Shown here: in pieces, positions 8,875-18,094 of the stretch | How the letters are laid out: every line of letters begins with the position of its first letter | Position numbering within the stretch: position 1 is the stretch's first letter | Origin: a virus | Taxonomy: Duplodnaviria > Caudoviricetes | Length of the DNA stretch: 60,042 nt | Direction: 5' to 3' (one strand) | IMG/VR virus record: IMGVR_UViG_3300047463_000151 | Span: 1-60,042 of that record | Notes under the pieces: generated by a model | The model's database searches: none | What the model was told of the DNA's origin: nothing | The model's input: only the letters and a program-made list of their open reading frames with translations | Position numbers and translations under genes: made by a program

Positions 8875-8931
8875 AGGGGCCGGTTTGGAATTTTGAATTC
8901 GGAATTGAAATCGTGGCGGATTTCCCGATTC
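8875..8931. repeat. 56-bp dispersed element, copy 6
   Basis: AGGGGCCGGTTTGGAATTTTG...AAATCG(8908)-N12-CGATTC(8926). Confidence 0.85.
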
Positions 8932-9080
8932 AATTTTGCGATAGCCGGGAAAGTTCCGGCGGTGGAACGTGGCCGGGTCGTAGCGCGTGGCCTTAGCCGG
9001 TGGCGGGACTTGCGCCGTAGCTGGTAGGGGCGCTCGACGAGGTAGTGCGTAGCCCGTGGTCGCGGCCCTCGTCGCGTAGG

Positions 9081-9440
9081 CTAGGGGATATGCGGGACTA
9101 GCAGATACGCGGGTTCCCGGCCTACGGTGTCGCGGTATGCGTAGGTAGCGGCAAATACGACGTTTGCGGGTGCTTTGCGGCCTTCGAGGATATGGTATAG
9201 CGCGGCGGCTATGCGCTCGTCGGCGTGGGCGTGGGAAGCGTACCAGCTTGCTAGGCTAGGGTGGAGCGTAGTCCAACGGCGGGACCAAGCGCGGAGCGTA
9301 GCTACGTCGTGCGAGGTTGCGGTATCGTTGCCCTGCCATGCGTGGGCTAGGGCTTCTATGCGGGCGGATACGGTAGGCCACTGTGCAAGGGCGCTAAGCG
9401 GTGCCAACTCTAAGGCGAGAAACGCGGGTAGTGCGTGCAT
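9081..9440 (-). CDS. Possible hypothetical protein
   Basis: 119 aa Ala-rich frame in a compositionally odd region; no clear RBS. Confidence 0.4.
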   Translation of the reverse strand: MHALPAFLALELAPLSALAQWPTVSARIEALAHAWQGNDTATSHDVATLRAWSRRWTTLHPSLASWYASHAHADERIAAALYHILEGRKAPANVVFAATYAYRDTVGREPAYLLVPHIP

Positions 9441-10236
9441 GGGGGCTAGGTGGTGCGGGTGGTGGTAGTGGTATGTATCCCGCTCGGTGCGTAGGCGGTT
9501 GCGGCGATAGCGTGGCCGTAGAGCTAGGGCGGGACGTAGCCGGTAGCGCGTGGCGACGGCGCTAGGTGGTGAGACTTGGCGGGATTTGTGGCGACTGCCA
9601 GCTAAGCGGAGTCAGGGCGAATCGTCCAGGCGAGCTAGACCGTGGCCCGTGGCGAGGGGCGACGAGGCTTGACGACGGCCAGCCGGTCAATTTTTGATAT
9701 TTTGCCATGTGGCAAATCTTCCCATCGCCGCTCCGATTTCCGTTTCGGGGCGGTTTCCCTAGGGGTCAACGGTCGAAACTTCCGTTTCGCTGGAAACGCG
9801 GAAAGGCGCTGCAAACCTACGCAATACGCAGGCGCGCAAAACGTAGGTCTGACCAGTTGAATGGTTATCGGTGGAAAGTATAGGATGGTTCGTTGTTTAC
9901 CTCCGATGCTTGCTATGGCGTCAAATCGGGCCGTTATGGGGCGATAGGGTATCGAGGCTATCGTTGGTCGCCCGTTGTCGCGGCGCGGCTATACGGGGCG
10001 AATGCGAAGCCGGGAAGGGGAAGCGTAGCCGTGCGGGTGCGGTGCCCCGTAGCGTGCAACCGAGAACGCAGGTTCGCCCACTACGGGTGAAACCGCCGGG
10101 TGTCGGCAACGCGGCACGGGTAGCCGTAGATTCAAACGCGGCGCGGCTATGGGCGGAGCCCGCTCGGAAGGCGGCGGGCGCTACGCGATAGCGCGATGGC
10201 AACGCAAAAAGCCGGACCACCGCTAGGGAAGCCCGG

Positions 10237-10269
10237 AAAAAAGGAAACCGGCGGGCATGGTGCCGCCGG
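10237..10269 (-). terminator. Rho-independent terminator after the amidotransferase
   Basis: CCGGCGG/CCGCCGG stem (10248-10269) followed on the minus strand by TTTCCTTTTTT. Confidence 0.55.
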
Positions 10270-10294
10270 GGTAGCGATAAATTCGTGGAGTTAG

Positions 10295-11383
10295 CTATAT
10301 TTTCATGCGAGACGATACGGCGGTGCCGAATACGGACGCATCCGCATAGCCGTAGTCGTCAAAATAGTCAGCATCGAACGACGAATCATCCCAATTTGCA
10401 TAATCGATAGCGTCTACAACGTCGAAAAACAATTCCTCGCTAAATTCGTCGTTTTCGTTGTATAGAGGATCGTTTTCGTCCAACGGATTGAAATCGTCAT
10501 CCCATACACGGCGAGCACTATTGCGGGATACCCCGTGGCGAACGGCGATACCCTCGGCAATTTTGCGATCCTCGCTATTTTCAATCTCGTCTGTATCGCC
10601 GTCAATTTCGCGAAACGATGCAATGGAAACAGCCTTTTTCGTCGCGTAATTTTTGCCGCCGATATACTCATCGAACGCCGAGAAACCATCGCGCCATGTA
10701 CGGGTGCCGGTTTTCGTGAACGTGAACACATCGCGCCGCGTTAGCGTGATTTTATCGTGCGTAATTTCGTAAATGTGACCCTCATCCATTGCGAATTGGG
10801 ATACCGCGTCAACCCCGGCTGCATGTAGCGCGTCGGCAACCGCCGATAACGTGGATGCGAAAACGATACCGAGATTTGTCCGCACCGCCGCGAATTCGCC
10901 GCCGTTGAATCGTCCAATTTGGATTTTTCCGGGGTTATTGTCATCATGCCATACAACGGTGCCATAACCGTCAAAATCCGAGAATGAATCGCCGATACTT
11001 AGGGCGTGGATTAAATGCATCGAATCGACCGCGAATCGGTGCCCGCGTAGCTTGTCAAGGGTGCCCGAATTGTAAATTACCCCGTTATGTGCGCCGATAA
11101 TCGACCCAAATGTGAACGGGTGCGCGTTGTCGCGGGAAATTGCCCCTTGCGTAGCGTACCGCGTATGGCCGAATCCGTAGCGGGAACGCGCCATATCTAG
11201 CAACGAAACCGCCGTAATTGGCCCTACGTCGCGCTGTACGGTGCCGCCGTGGAACGTGCCCCACGATTGATTGCCGCGTGAGTTCATGCGGTGGGCTAAC
11301 ACCGTCAAAATGACGGAACGTCGCGCTAGATCATCGTTCGATGGTTTCGTTTTTGTCCAGTATGCTCCGAATAGTCCGCACAT
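10295..11383 (-). CDS. Class II (Ntn) glutamine amidotransferase with acidic C-terminal tail
   Basis: N-terminal MCGLFG (Cys1 nucleophile), SRG..SWG, GHTRYAT, NAHPF, AHNG and DS motifs; AAAGGGG RBS before ATG 11383. Confidence 0.9.
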   Translation of the reverse strand: MCGLFGAYWTKTKPSNDDLARRSVILTVLAHRMNSRGNQSWGTFHGGTVQRDVGPITAVSLLDMARSRYGFGHTRYATQGAISRDNAHPFTFGSIIGAHNGVIYNSGTLDKLRGHRFAVDSMHLIHALSIGDSFSDFDGYGTVVWHDDNNPGKIQIGRFNGGEFAAVRTNLGIVFASTLSAVADALHAAGVDAVSQFAMDEGHIYEITHDKITLTRRDVFTFTKTGTRTWRDGFSAFDEYIGGKNYATKKAVSIASFREIDGDTDEIENSEDRKIAEGIAVRHGVSRNSARRVWDDDFNPLDENDPLYNENDEFSEELFFDVVDAIDYANWDDSSFDADYFDDYGYADASVFGTAVSSRMKI

Positions 11384-11474
11384 GGTATCCCCCTTTGCCT
11401 CTACGTTATCTTCAAAATATACAAATCGATGCGATAGAAAGGGGCACAAAGGGTGCCCCGTTATAGGCTACGGA

Positions 11475-12869
11475 CTAGGCGAATTTCTCTTTCCGGCGGG
11501 TGAAGTATTGCCGGGAATCCTCGGTAGGGAGAATCCGCATGAGCGCGGCCCACGGCGTCATATCGCGCAATGCCTTTACATCTTCCACGTTATATTTTTT
11601 CGCAGTGTCGAGGATAGCGGTGCAAAGGACCGCCCAATTCGTGATCTTATCGGCGTCCACTGTGCCGGAATGACAACGGAATTCAACGGTTCCATGTTCG
11701 AATGCAGCCTGCAGATTCAGCCCGTAGTAGCGGGAGCCACCGGGTGAATTGCCATATTCGTTTTTTGCATCCTTGAATCTCATGGTATCGATTCGCGATT
11801 TCCGTACATAGGGCAACCCCTTAATCTCGGCCTTGACCTCTCGGATACGCTCGCGTTCCCAATCCTTCCGGCTTGCATATTCGTACTCGCCGCCCACGCG
11901 GTCGCGGGTCTGACGGATAGCCGCCACGAGCATTTGCCGCATATCCGCACCCGTCATTTTACGGGGCTGCCCCGCGTATTCGTTGATCACATAATCGTAA
12001 CGCTGACAATAGGTATTTGATCGGCGCGAATTGGGTAGCGTAGAGTAAACGGCCGATTCAACGTGCGCCCAAATCCAAAGTAAGCGGGCCCACGACGGAT
12101 AATTGAAATCGCGAGCGTCAACGTGCAGGTGCAGACCGCAACGGTTATCGACCTTTGCCGGGTTAGATTCCGCCGCCATATCGCGACAAATCGCGGTAAT
12201 TTGCTTGACGAATGTATCGCCGATTGCGGGTGCGGTATTCAATTCGCATCCGTTCGACACTGAACCGTCAGGTACGACGCTAACGTGCCATTCGTCGAGT
12301 GTTTCATTTGCGCACGATCCACCGCTCGCGATTTCAATCTCGGCGGCGATATAGCGGCGCGAGGGCAGGAACGCGGTGGGTTTACCCGGCCAAAATTTGA
12401 TAGGGTGCTTCCGCATATAGGGTAAGGACGAATCGCTGCAATCGCACCGCTCGGTGCATGTATCGCAATCGCTACAAAAAGGCTCATCCTCGCTATGGTA
12501 TTCGTTACACGTTTCGCAATACCGGCAATCGTGGTGCTCGGTACAGTTATCGCACTGGTCGCATACGCTGAACCAATCGTAATTGTGCCGGGTTTCGCAC
12601 CGTTCGCACCAGAAACAACGGTCGCATGAATCAACGCATCGCGTCATGGATCGTCGGTGTCCACCGTTGCAACCCTCGCAAATTGGCGCGTCATCCTCAT
12701 GGTGAGGCTCATTGCACGATCCACAGTGATATGTATCGTCGCAATAATCCCCTTCCGAATCTACCTCTACATCACACCCGTTAATTCCGCATGTAGGCGC
12801 AGGCTCCGGTTCAACGGGTGTCGCGGTTTCCGTTATGGTGGTTTCGTCGGTAATCGTGTTGGTTTCCAT
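11475..12869 (-). CDS. Putative amidoligase (COOH-NH2 ligase, Amidoligase_2-like) with N-terminal Cys-rich repeats
   Basis: AEIEI, DGSV..GCELNT, CGLHLHV, RYYGLNL and TVEFRCHSGT motifs; the first ~145 aa carry many CxxC pairs. Confidence 0.85.
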   Translation of the reverse strand: METNTITDETTITETATPVEPEPAPTCGINGCDVEVDSEGDYCDDTYHCGSCNEPHHEDDAPICEGCNGGHRRSMTRCVDSCDRCFWCERCETRHNYDWFSVCDQCDNCTEHHDCRYCETCNEYHSEDEPFCSDCDTCTERCDCSDSSLPYMRKHPIKFWPGKPTAFLPSRRYIAAEIEIASGGSCANETLDEWHVSVVPDGSVSNGCELNTAPAIGDTFVKQITAICRDMAAESNPAKVDNRCGLHLHVDARDFNYPSWARLLWIWAHVESAVYSTLPNSRRSNTYCQRYDYVINEYAGQPRKMTGADMRQMLVAAIRQTRDRVGGEYEYASRKDWERERIREVKAEIKGLPYVRKSRIDTMRFKDAKNEYGNSPGGSRYYGLNLQAAFEHGTVEFRCHSGTVDADKITNWAVLCTAILDTAKKYNVEDVKALRDMTPWAALMRILPTEDSRQYFTRRKEKFA

Positions 12870-13150
12870 GGTTTCCCCTTTTTATCTACGGTGTACGGTG
12901 TGAATTTAGCAACCGCCGAAAAGGCGGTGGATAGAATGGGCGTCAATCGTCAAGCTAAGGTACGGCCACATAGCGGGCGGGATTCGGGCGGCGCATACGG
13001 CGCAAATATGGACTAGCGTTTTCATCGTTCCCCCTGTCAGTTAGAAAAAATGGCCCATGAAAGGATATAAATCGCGTAAAACAATGGGATGCAAAAGGTC
13101 AATCCGATAGCATCCTGTACCTGTTCACGTAGTCCGTACATTTGTCCCCC

Positions 13151-13363
13151 TTATCGGTTAGCGTTGTTTTCGCGGATAGCACCAACGATGCCAACGACGG
13201 CGATAACGGCCAGCGTCGAGATAAAAGCGGCGAATCCATAGTGAAAAATATCCAAACCGCTTGCGCCGTGCTCCATAGCGTACTTCACACCGTATACAGC
13301 GGCGCAATTTGCGGCGATGAAAGCCGGAACAGCGACGATAGGACGATCTAGTTTAGCGTTCAT
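13151..13363 (-). CDS. Small membrane protein
   Basis: 70 aa with two hydrophobic stretches; AACAAGGGA leader like other genes in this block. Confidence 0.55.
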   Translation of the reverse strand: MNAKLDRPIVAVPAFIAANCAAVYGVKYAMEHGASGLDIFHYGFAAFISTLAVIAVVGIVGAIRENNANR

Positions 13364-14270
13364 TTGGTTCCCCTTGTTTGTCTCGCCTTACAGATAACCT
13401 ATCGACACGGGGCGTACACTCTTTGAGTAAATAATTTGGAACACGATAACATTTTTTATCGCGAATTGCGGTCGCGGATAGTGTCGCCTGGACGTTGTAT
13501 ATGGAAAGGTGGTGTCCGCGAAAATGAAACGGGCTTGTTTTGGGGTTGTTTTGGGAAGGTGGAAGCGTATTGCGTAGGTTCAAAGGACGTTATCGCTAGG
13601 TGATAAAAGTGGAGTTTTGAAGCTGTATATCCGTTTATTCGGATGGATGGATGGAAGTGTTGGGGGTAATCTGGGAGGGTGGGTGGTGGATACTGTTCGT
13701 TCGCCGCCGATTATACAAGTACTGACAGCTTGCACAACAAGAACGGTCCCACCGCGCCCAAAATTCGCCCCGCTTTCCGTTTTGAAAATCCCACCACCGA
13801 ACCACGCTAACGCTTAGCCTCCGATGGTTACTAGCCTCGCTCCACGCTTATCGTCGCGTCAAGCTGCGACTAACCGTAGGCGCTCGGAAGGCATACGTAT
13901 ATATATGGAGCGCATTTTATAGCCGTTCGCGTATATAGCGCGTTGACGCTACGCTTTACCATTCGGCGCTAACCGCCCGAACCGTCACGGCGGGAACCCT
14001 CTAAGACGACGACGGCCTACGCTCGCCGCTCGCTAGCCGCTCGTCGAGCTTGTCAACGCGGACAATCGGCTGAAAGCATAGGTCTAACCTGGTTCGATAA
14101 AGTATTTCATTTATTTTGTGGTCGCACGTTGACGCGTTCACGTTTCGAGTATACGTTGAAGGTGAACCCAACGGAGACAAGCAAAGGCACGCGACCCGAC
14201 CCCTAACGATCATTACCGGGGGTGTATTTCGGTTTTCGCGACCAGGGGAGGGGGTCTTTCGGACCCTTTG

Positions 14271-14382
14271 CCGTTCGATAGATTCCAAATCTACAGCGAA
14301 CCCGCCTGCTCAGTCCGCCTCATCAGTCCGTTTCGCGCACAAGATATGCCTTCCCCGTTCGATACATTCCAAATCTACAGCG
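14271..14382. repeat. 28-bp direct repeat (14271-14298 and 14355-14382)
   Basis: CCGTTCGATA(G/C)ATTCCAAATCTACAGCG, 27/28 identical, 84-bp period. Confidence 0.85.
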
Positions 14383-14957
14383 CCCCATCCAGCCAAGTCT
14401 CAAATCGAGTCCGCTAGTCCCAGGCATACGGTTCATTCACCGCATTTGGCCTTTACGCCCTCGTTTACAATCCGCCTGGGACAACGCAGGTCCACGTTTA
14501 CCAGCGCCGCAATACGCCCCAATTTATGTATTTATTTCCTAATTTACCGAAGCAAGCGTCAACGGTTGGCTACGGTTGAATTCGATGTGTCCCACTCGTT
14601 CTACTCGGAGTCCACTAAATTAAGGGCGAAATTAACGCGAAACGCTTAAGGGCCATTTCGCGTCTTTCCCGGCGATGCTCCTACACTAAAAAGCGTCAAC
14701 ACGGTCGAATTTGTAGCATTTTGCAAAAACCTACTTCCTAAGCCTATTTCTATTTTTACAATTGCAAGTATCATGCCAGCGATATGTATAAGGTACAACG
14801 CTAACTATACGCGACACACACCCTAATTTGCGTGTTTTGCGACGACTAGTGTTACACGCGGCTAGTGCATACCGGGGGCATAGTTCACCAACCCTAAAAA
14901 AGTACGGTTGAAAAACGCGCCCTCGATTTTTTAATTTACCTTGGTCTGGAGGCCCCT

Positions 14958-15152
14958 TTGTTCATCCGGCTCAGCGTCCTCGACGCGGACTCGTACAACA
15001 CGACCCCGGCAGCGGTAAGTGCGGACGAGGTGTCGTACATACGGCGCTACCCAACGCACACGCTGGTCTTGTTGAAGTGCGGCGTGGAATGGGAAGTGAC
15101 GGAAACGGTGGATGAAATCGTCGCGCAATTGCGCTCGGCGGTGGTGTCGTGA
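14958..15152 (+). CDS. Hypothetical protein
   Basis: 64 aa, GGAGG RBS; first gene of the long + block. Confidence 0.6.
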   Translation: MFIRLSVLDADSYNTTPAAVSADEVSYIRRYPTHTLVLLKCGVEWEVTETVDEIVAQLRSAVVS

Positions 15153-15424
15153 TGACCCGCTATTTCCTCCACGGCGACTGCCGCCAGACCGACGACTATT
15201 ATTGCCAACGCTGCGACCTATTTGGACCGGCTTCGCACTTCGATACCTGTACGCTCGGCACCGTAGTCAAGCGCGGCGTGCGCTACCGCGAAACTCACGA
15301 ATGGCGGTTTGTTACCTATCGGCGTCGTGCGGTATCGGCGCATAAAGCGTTTGATGACGCGGGAAATTTGTTTCGTACCGGCGACGTAAAGACGCAAAAG
15401 CTACCGCGACTGGAACGCGCTTGA
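15149..15424 (+). CDS. Hypothetical protein
   Basis: 91 aa with Cys/His; overlap-coupled at both ends. Confidence 0.6.
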   Translation: MMTRYFLHGDCRQTDDYYCQRCDLFGPASHFDTCTLGTVVKRGVRYRETHEWRFVTYRRRAVSAHKAFDDAGNLFRTGDVKTQKLPRLERA

Positions 15425-16422
15425 CCGCCTATTACAACGAAATCGACCCAAAGGCCGCTGCATGGCTACGGGCGCTTATCGACCGTGGCCTCATCGCACC
15501 CGGCGATGTCGATACCAGGAGCATTGCCGATGTCCAACCAGTTGACCTTGTGGGGTACGACCAATGCCACTTCTTCGCCGGTATCGGTGGATGGTCCTAC
15601 GCGCTGCGACTTGCCGGATGGCCCGACGATAAGCCTGTGTGGACCGGAAGTTGCCCATGCCAGCCGTTTTCAACCGCTGGAAAGCAACGCGGAACCGACG
15701 ACGAGCGGCACCTGTGGCCCGAATTCGCCCGCCTTATCCGCGACTGCCGACCTACAATCTGCTTTGGAGAACAGGTTGCGTCAGCGGCTGGAAGGGATTG
15801 GCTCTCCGCTGTACGCCTTGACTTGGAAAGCATGGGATATGAAGTCGGGTGTGCCGATTTGTGCGCTGCGGGCGTCGGCGCTCCGCACATCCGGCAACGA
15901 CTCTGGTGGGGGGGGTATACCGGATGGGCGACCCCAAGCTCGCGAGATTGGAAGGATTCGCCAGGCATGGCGCTTAGCGCGACAAATCCAGATGGAAGCC
16001 AACGCAATCGACTCGATCAACTGCCCCGGCAGGCCGGTCTTGTTGATGGGCTACCCGACACCGAACGCCCACGACCCCCGGCTAGGCTACCAACGCCGAC
16101 GCGGCGATACGAAGGGCACGCAAAAATCGCTGGAAACGGAAGTGATCGACGCGCTGGATTATCAGAGGGGCAATCCGATGATGAATCAAAATACGAAGGG
16201 AATCTATCGTCTAACGAAGCATGGACAGACGCCGACTATCTCTATGGAAGAGACGGTATCTGGAGGCCAGTTGGACCCGCATCATTCCCGCTGGCTCATG
16301 GGATACCCGCCAGAGTGGTGCGACTGCGCGGTTACGGCAACGCCATCGTTCCGCAAGTCGGCGCAGCGTTCATAGAATCTTTCATGGAGGCTGCGACGGT
16401 CCTGCACACGCCAGGCGAATAG
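15421..16422 (+). CDS. DNA (cytosine-5) methyltransferase, alpha-type polypeptide
   Basis: Motif [36 protein letters not shown] and X YGNAIVPQ; motif IX is not evident in this frame. Confidence 0.9.
   Translation: MTAYYNEIDPKAAAWLRALIDRGLIAPGDVDTRSIADVQPVDLVGYDQCHFFAGIGGWSYALRLAGWPDDKPVWTGSCPCQPFSTAGKQRGTDDERHLWPEFARLIRDCRPTICFGEQVASAAGRDWLSAVRLDLESMGYEVGCADLCAAGVGAPHIRQRLWWGGYTGWATPSSRDWKDSPGMALSATNPDGSQRNRLDQLPRQAGLVDGLPDTERPRPPARLPTPTRRYEGHAKIAGNGSDRRAGLSEGQSDDESKYEGNLSSNEAWTDADYLYGRDGIWRPVGPASFPLAHGIPARVVRLRGYGNAIVPQVGAAFIESFMEAATVLHTPGE
15485..16375 (+). CDS. Nested +1-frame polypeptide, probable C5-methyltransferase beta subunit (true start uncertain)
   Basis: 296 open codons wholly inside the methyltransferase gene, ending in [18 protein letters not shown] (motif IX-like); same arrangement as M.EcoHK31I. 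Confidence 0.65.
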   Translation: MASSHPAMSIPGALPMSNQLTLWGTTNATSSPVSVDGPTRCDLPDGPTISLCGPEVAHASRFQPLESNAEPTTSGTCGPNSPALSATADLQSALENRLRQRLEGIGSPLYALTWKAWDMKSGVPICALRASALRTSGNDSGGGGIPDGRPQAREIGRIRQAWRLARQIQMEANAIDSINCPGRPVLLMGYPTPNAHDPRLGYQRRRGDTKGTQKSLETEVIDALDYQRGNPMMNQNTKGIYRLTKHGQTPTISMEETVSGGQLDPHHSRWLMGYPPEWCDCAVTATPSFRKSAQRS

Positions 16423-16618
16423 CAGTCAGGAGGCCATATGAAACCATCCGACGTTATCCGCGCCGTCTACGACGTAGCGACCACCATCGACGGCGGTGTT
16501 GACTTTCAAGCCGCATGGGCGGGCCTCGTTGTAGCCATTGTGCTGCACACTGCGCCAGCCGACGCTTAGCATGAGCTACGGCTACACCCTTTCTCCATTC
16601 AACACGCAGGGGTCGAAA

Positions 16619-16948
16619 GTGTCAGGTGGAAGTTATCAATACGCCTATTCGCGTATCCAAATGCTTGGCGATGAAATCGAACTTCGCAATCGCGATATTG
16701 ATTTCACGCCCTACGCCGATGCTCACGTTTGGGACCGCGACAACAAGCGTCAAATCACCGGCGACGAAGCCGCTGCTATCATCGCGTCCGTACCCAAAGA
16801 GCGCGAGTGGTTCATCGGCTTGCTCAACGTCGTCGCCAAGGCCGCGCACGACATCGAGTGGGTCGATTCAGGCGACTACGGCATCGGCGATGAAGTAGCC
16901 GCTATCCGCGAGTGCCGCGCTTATTTGGCAACGGGGCCTAAGCCATGA
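16619..16948 (+). CDS. Hypothetical protein
   Basis: Probable GTG start giving MSGGSYQYAY.... Confidence 0.6.
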   Translation: MSGGSYQYAYSRIQMLGDEIELRNRDIDFTPYADAHVWDRDNKRQITGDEAAAIIASVPKEREWFIGLLNVVAKAAHDIEWVDSGDYGIGDEVAAIRECRAYLATGPKP

Positions 16949-17136
16949 GCAAACACAAACAGCGCCGTCGTGTGAGTGAAGCACAGCTCGCCGAAGCCTA
17001 CCAACTCGCCAAAGACCAGGGATGGACCGTGACGAAGTTCGCCCGTCACCTTGGCTTGTCGATAAGCGGCGGGTGGTATTTATATCACGGATTTATTTAT
17101 AAAGACGTTGCTAGGCCGAATTTGGAGGCGCAATGA
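16945..17136 (+). CDS. Single-unit HTH protein (paralogue family)
   Basis: WTVTKFARHLGLSISGGWYLYHG..YKDVARP. Confidence 0.65.
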   Translation: MSKHKQRRRVSEAQLAEAYQLAKDQGWTVTKFARHLGLSISGGWYLYHGFIYKDVARPNLEAQ

Positions 17137-17324
17137 CCGACTACGAACGCGGCAAACAAGACGCGCTCTCCGCTTTCATCACATGGGCGCAAGCGATGGC
17201 CGACGCCACGAAAGAGCAGGCTCGCGTATGGCAGAATGAACAACTCCGCGAACGCGCCAATATTTATCAATCTTGCGCCGACGCAGCCCGCCTTCTAGTG
17301 GCTAGTGAGCCGTCAGGAGACTGA
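17133..17324 (+). CDS. Hypothetical protein
   Basis: 63 aa, GGAGG RBS, ATGA overlap. Confidence 0.6.
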   Translation: MTDYERGKQDALSAFITWAQAMADATKEQARVWQNEQLRERANIYQSCADAARLLVASEPSGD

Positions 17325-17326
17325 CG

Positions 17327-18094
17327 ATGGATGAAATGACGGTTCGTGAAGCCCTAGAAGCGGCTCTGAAATCTGGTTCAATCGACAAAAAAGCCATTCT
17401 ATGCGCTCATATCAAGCATAGATCGAAAGAGTATGTGCTGGTCGAGAACTACACGCCTATTCAGGCTAAGAAGTTCTGGGCCTCGTTGGAATTCGTACCG
17501 GAGTTCAGCGAACTATCCGGCAACGTGTGGCTCACGCACAATCGCTGGCTGCACCATACATGGGACAGCGACGGCCTAGAGCATTGGGAACTCCACGAAC
17601 CGCCCGTTGTACCCGATGTATGCAGACCCGAAGATACCGACGTATCCGATGCGAAGTGGCGTTCTGACGCGCTCGCCGAATACGTCAAGCACAGGATGAC
17701 CCCCAAGCAATTTGCCGCTCATGTAGGGGTGACGCGAACGCAGGCGTACAACATTCTACGCGGTCAATCGTGGCGCGACATCGGGCGTCCCGATGGGTTC
17801 AAATTTCCGTGGAAATCACAAAAAACGAACCGGCAACTGTGCGCCGAACGCACCGAAATCTACCGTGAAGGCGTGCGTCTGTGGGCTGAGAACGGCTGGA
17901 CGTTCCGTCAACTGGCTGAGCACATGGGCGTACCGGCCTATACGGCGTGGACCGCTGTGCAGCGCGAATATAAGGCCGTTGGTAAAGCCGAGGTCGATGC
18001 CGTGGTGCGCTGGCTGCGTGTGGTTGCAACAAACGAACCGCAAGCCGAGGTCTTCGCAGACCTTATCGAGCGCGGTGAGTACAAAGATGCCTAA
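17327..18094 (+). CDS. Protein with C-terminal HTH repeats (paralogue family)
   Basis: LAEYVKHRMTPKQFAAHVGVTRTQAYNILRGQSWRDIGRPDGFKFPW and WTFRQLAEHMGV. Confidence 0.75.
   Translation: MDEMTVREALEAALKSGSIDKKAILCAHIKHRSKEYVLVENYTPIQAKKFWASLEFVPEFSELSGNVWLTHNRWLHHTWDSDGLEHWELHEPPVVPDVCRPEDTDVSDAKWRSDALAEYVKHRMTPKQFAAHVGVTRTQAYNILRGQSWRDIGRPDGFKFPWKSQKTNRQLCAERTEIYREGVRLWAENGWTFRQLAEHMGVPAYTAWTAVQREYKAVGKAEVDAVVRWLRVVATNEPQAEVFADLIERGEYKDA

Noticed and set aside
5444-8931. 56-bp elements as CRISPR repeats or integron attC sites
   Set aside because: Irregular gene-sized spacing, degenerate copies, no RYYYAAC/GTTRRRY ends and no integrase in the window.
14271-14382. Possible mini CRISPR array
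   Set aside because: Only two repeats, a 56-nt gap, no palindrome and no cas genes.
14001-14649. ORFs of 177 aa (+) and 95 aa (-) in the divergent region
   Set aside because: No RBS and atypical composition, and they run through the DNA repeat; probably non-coding.
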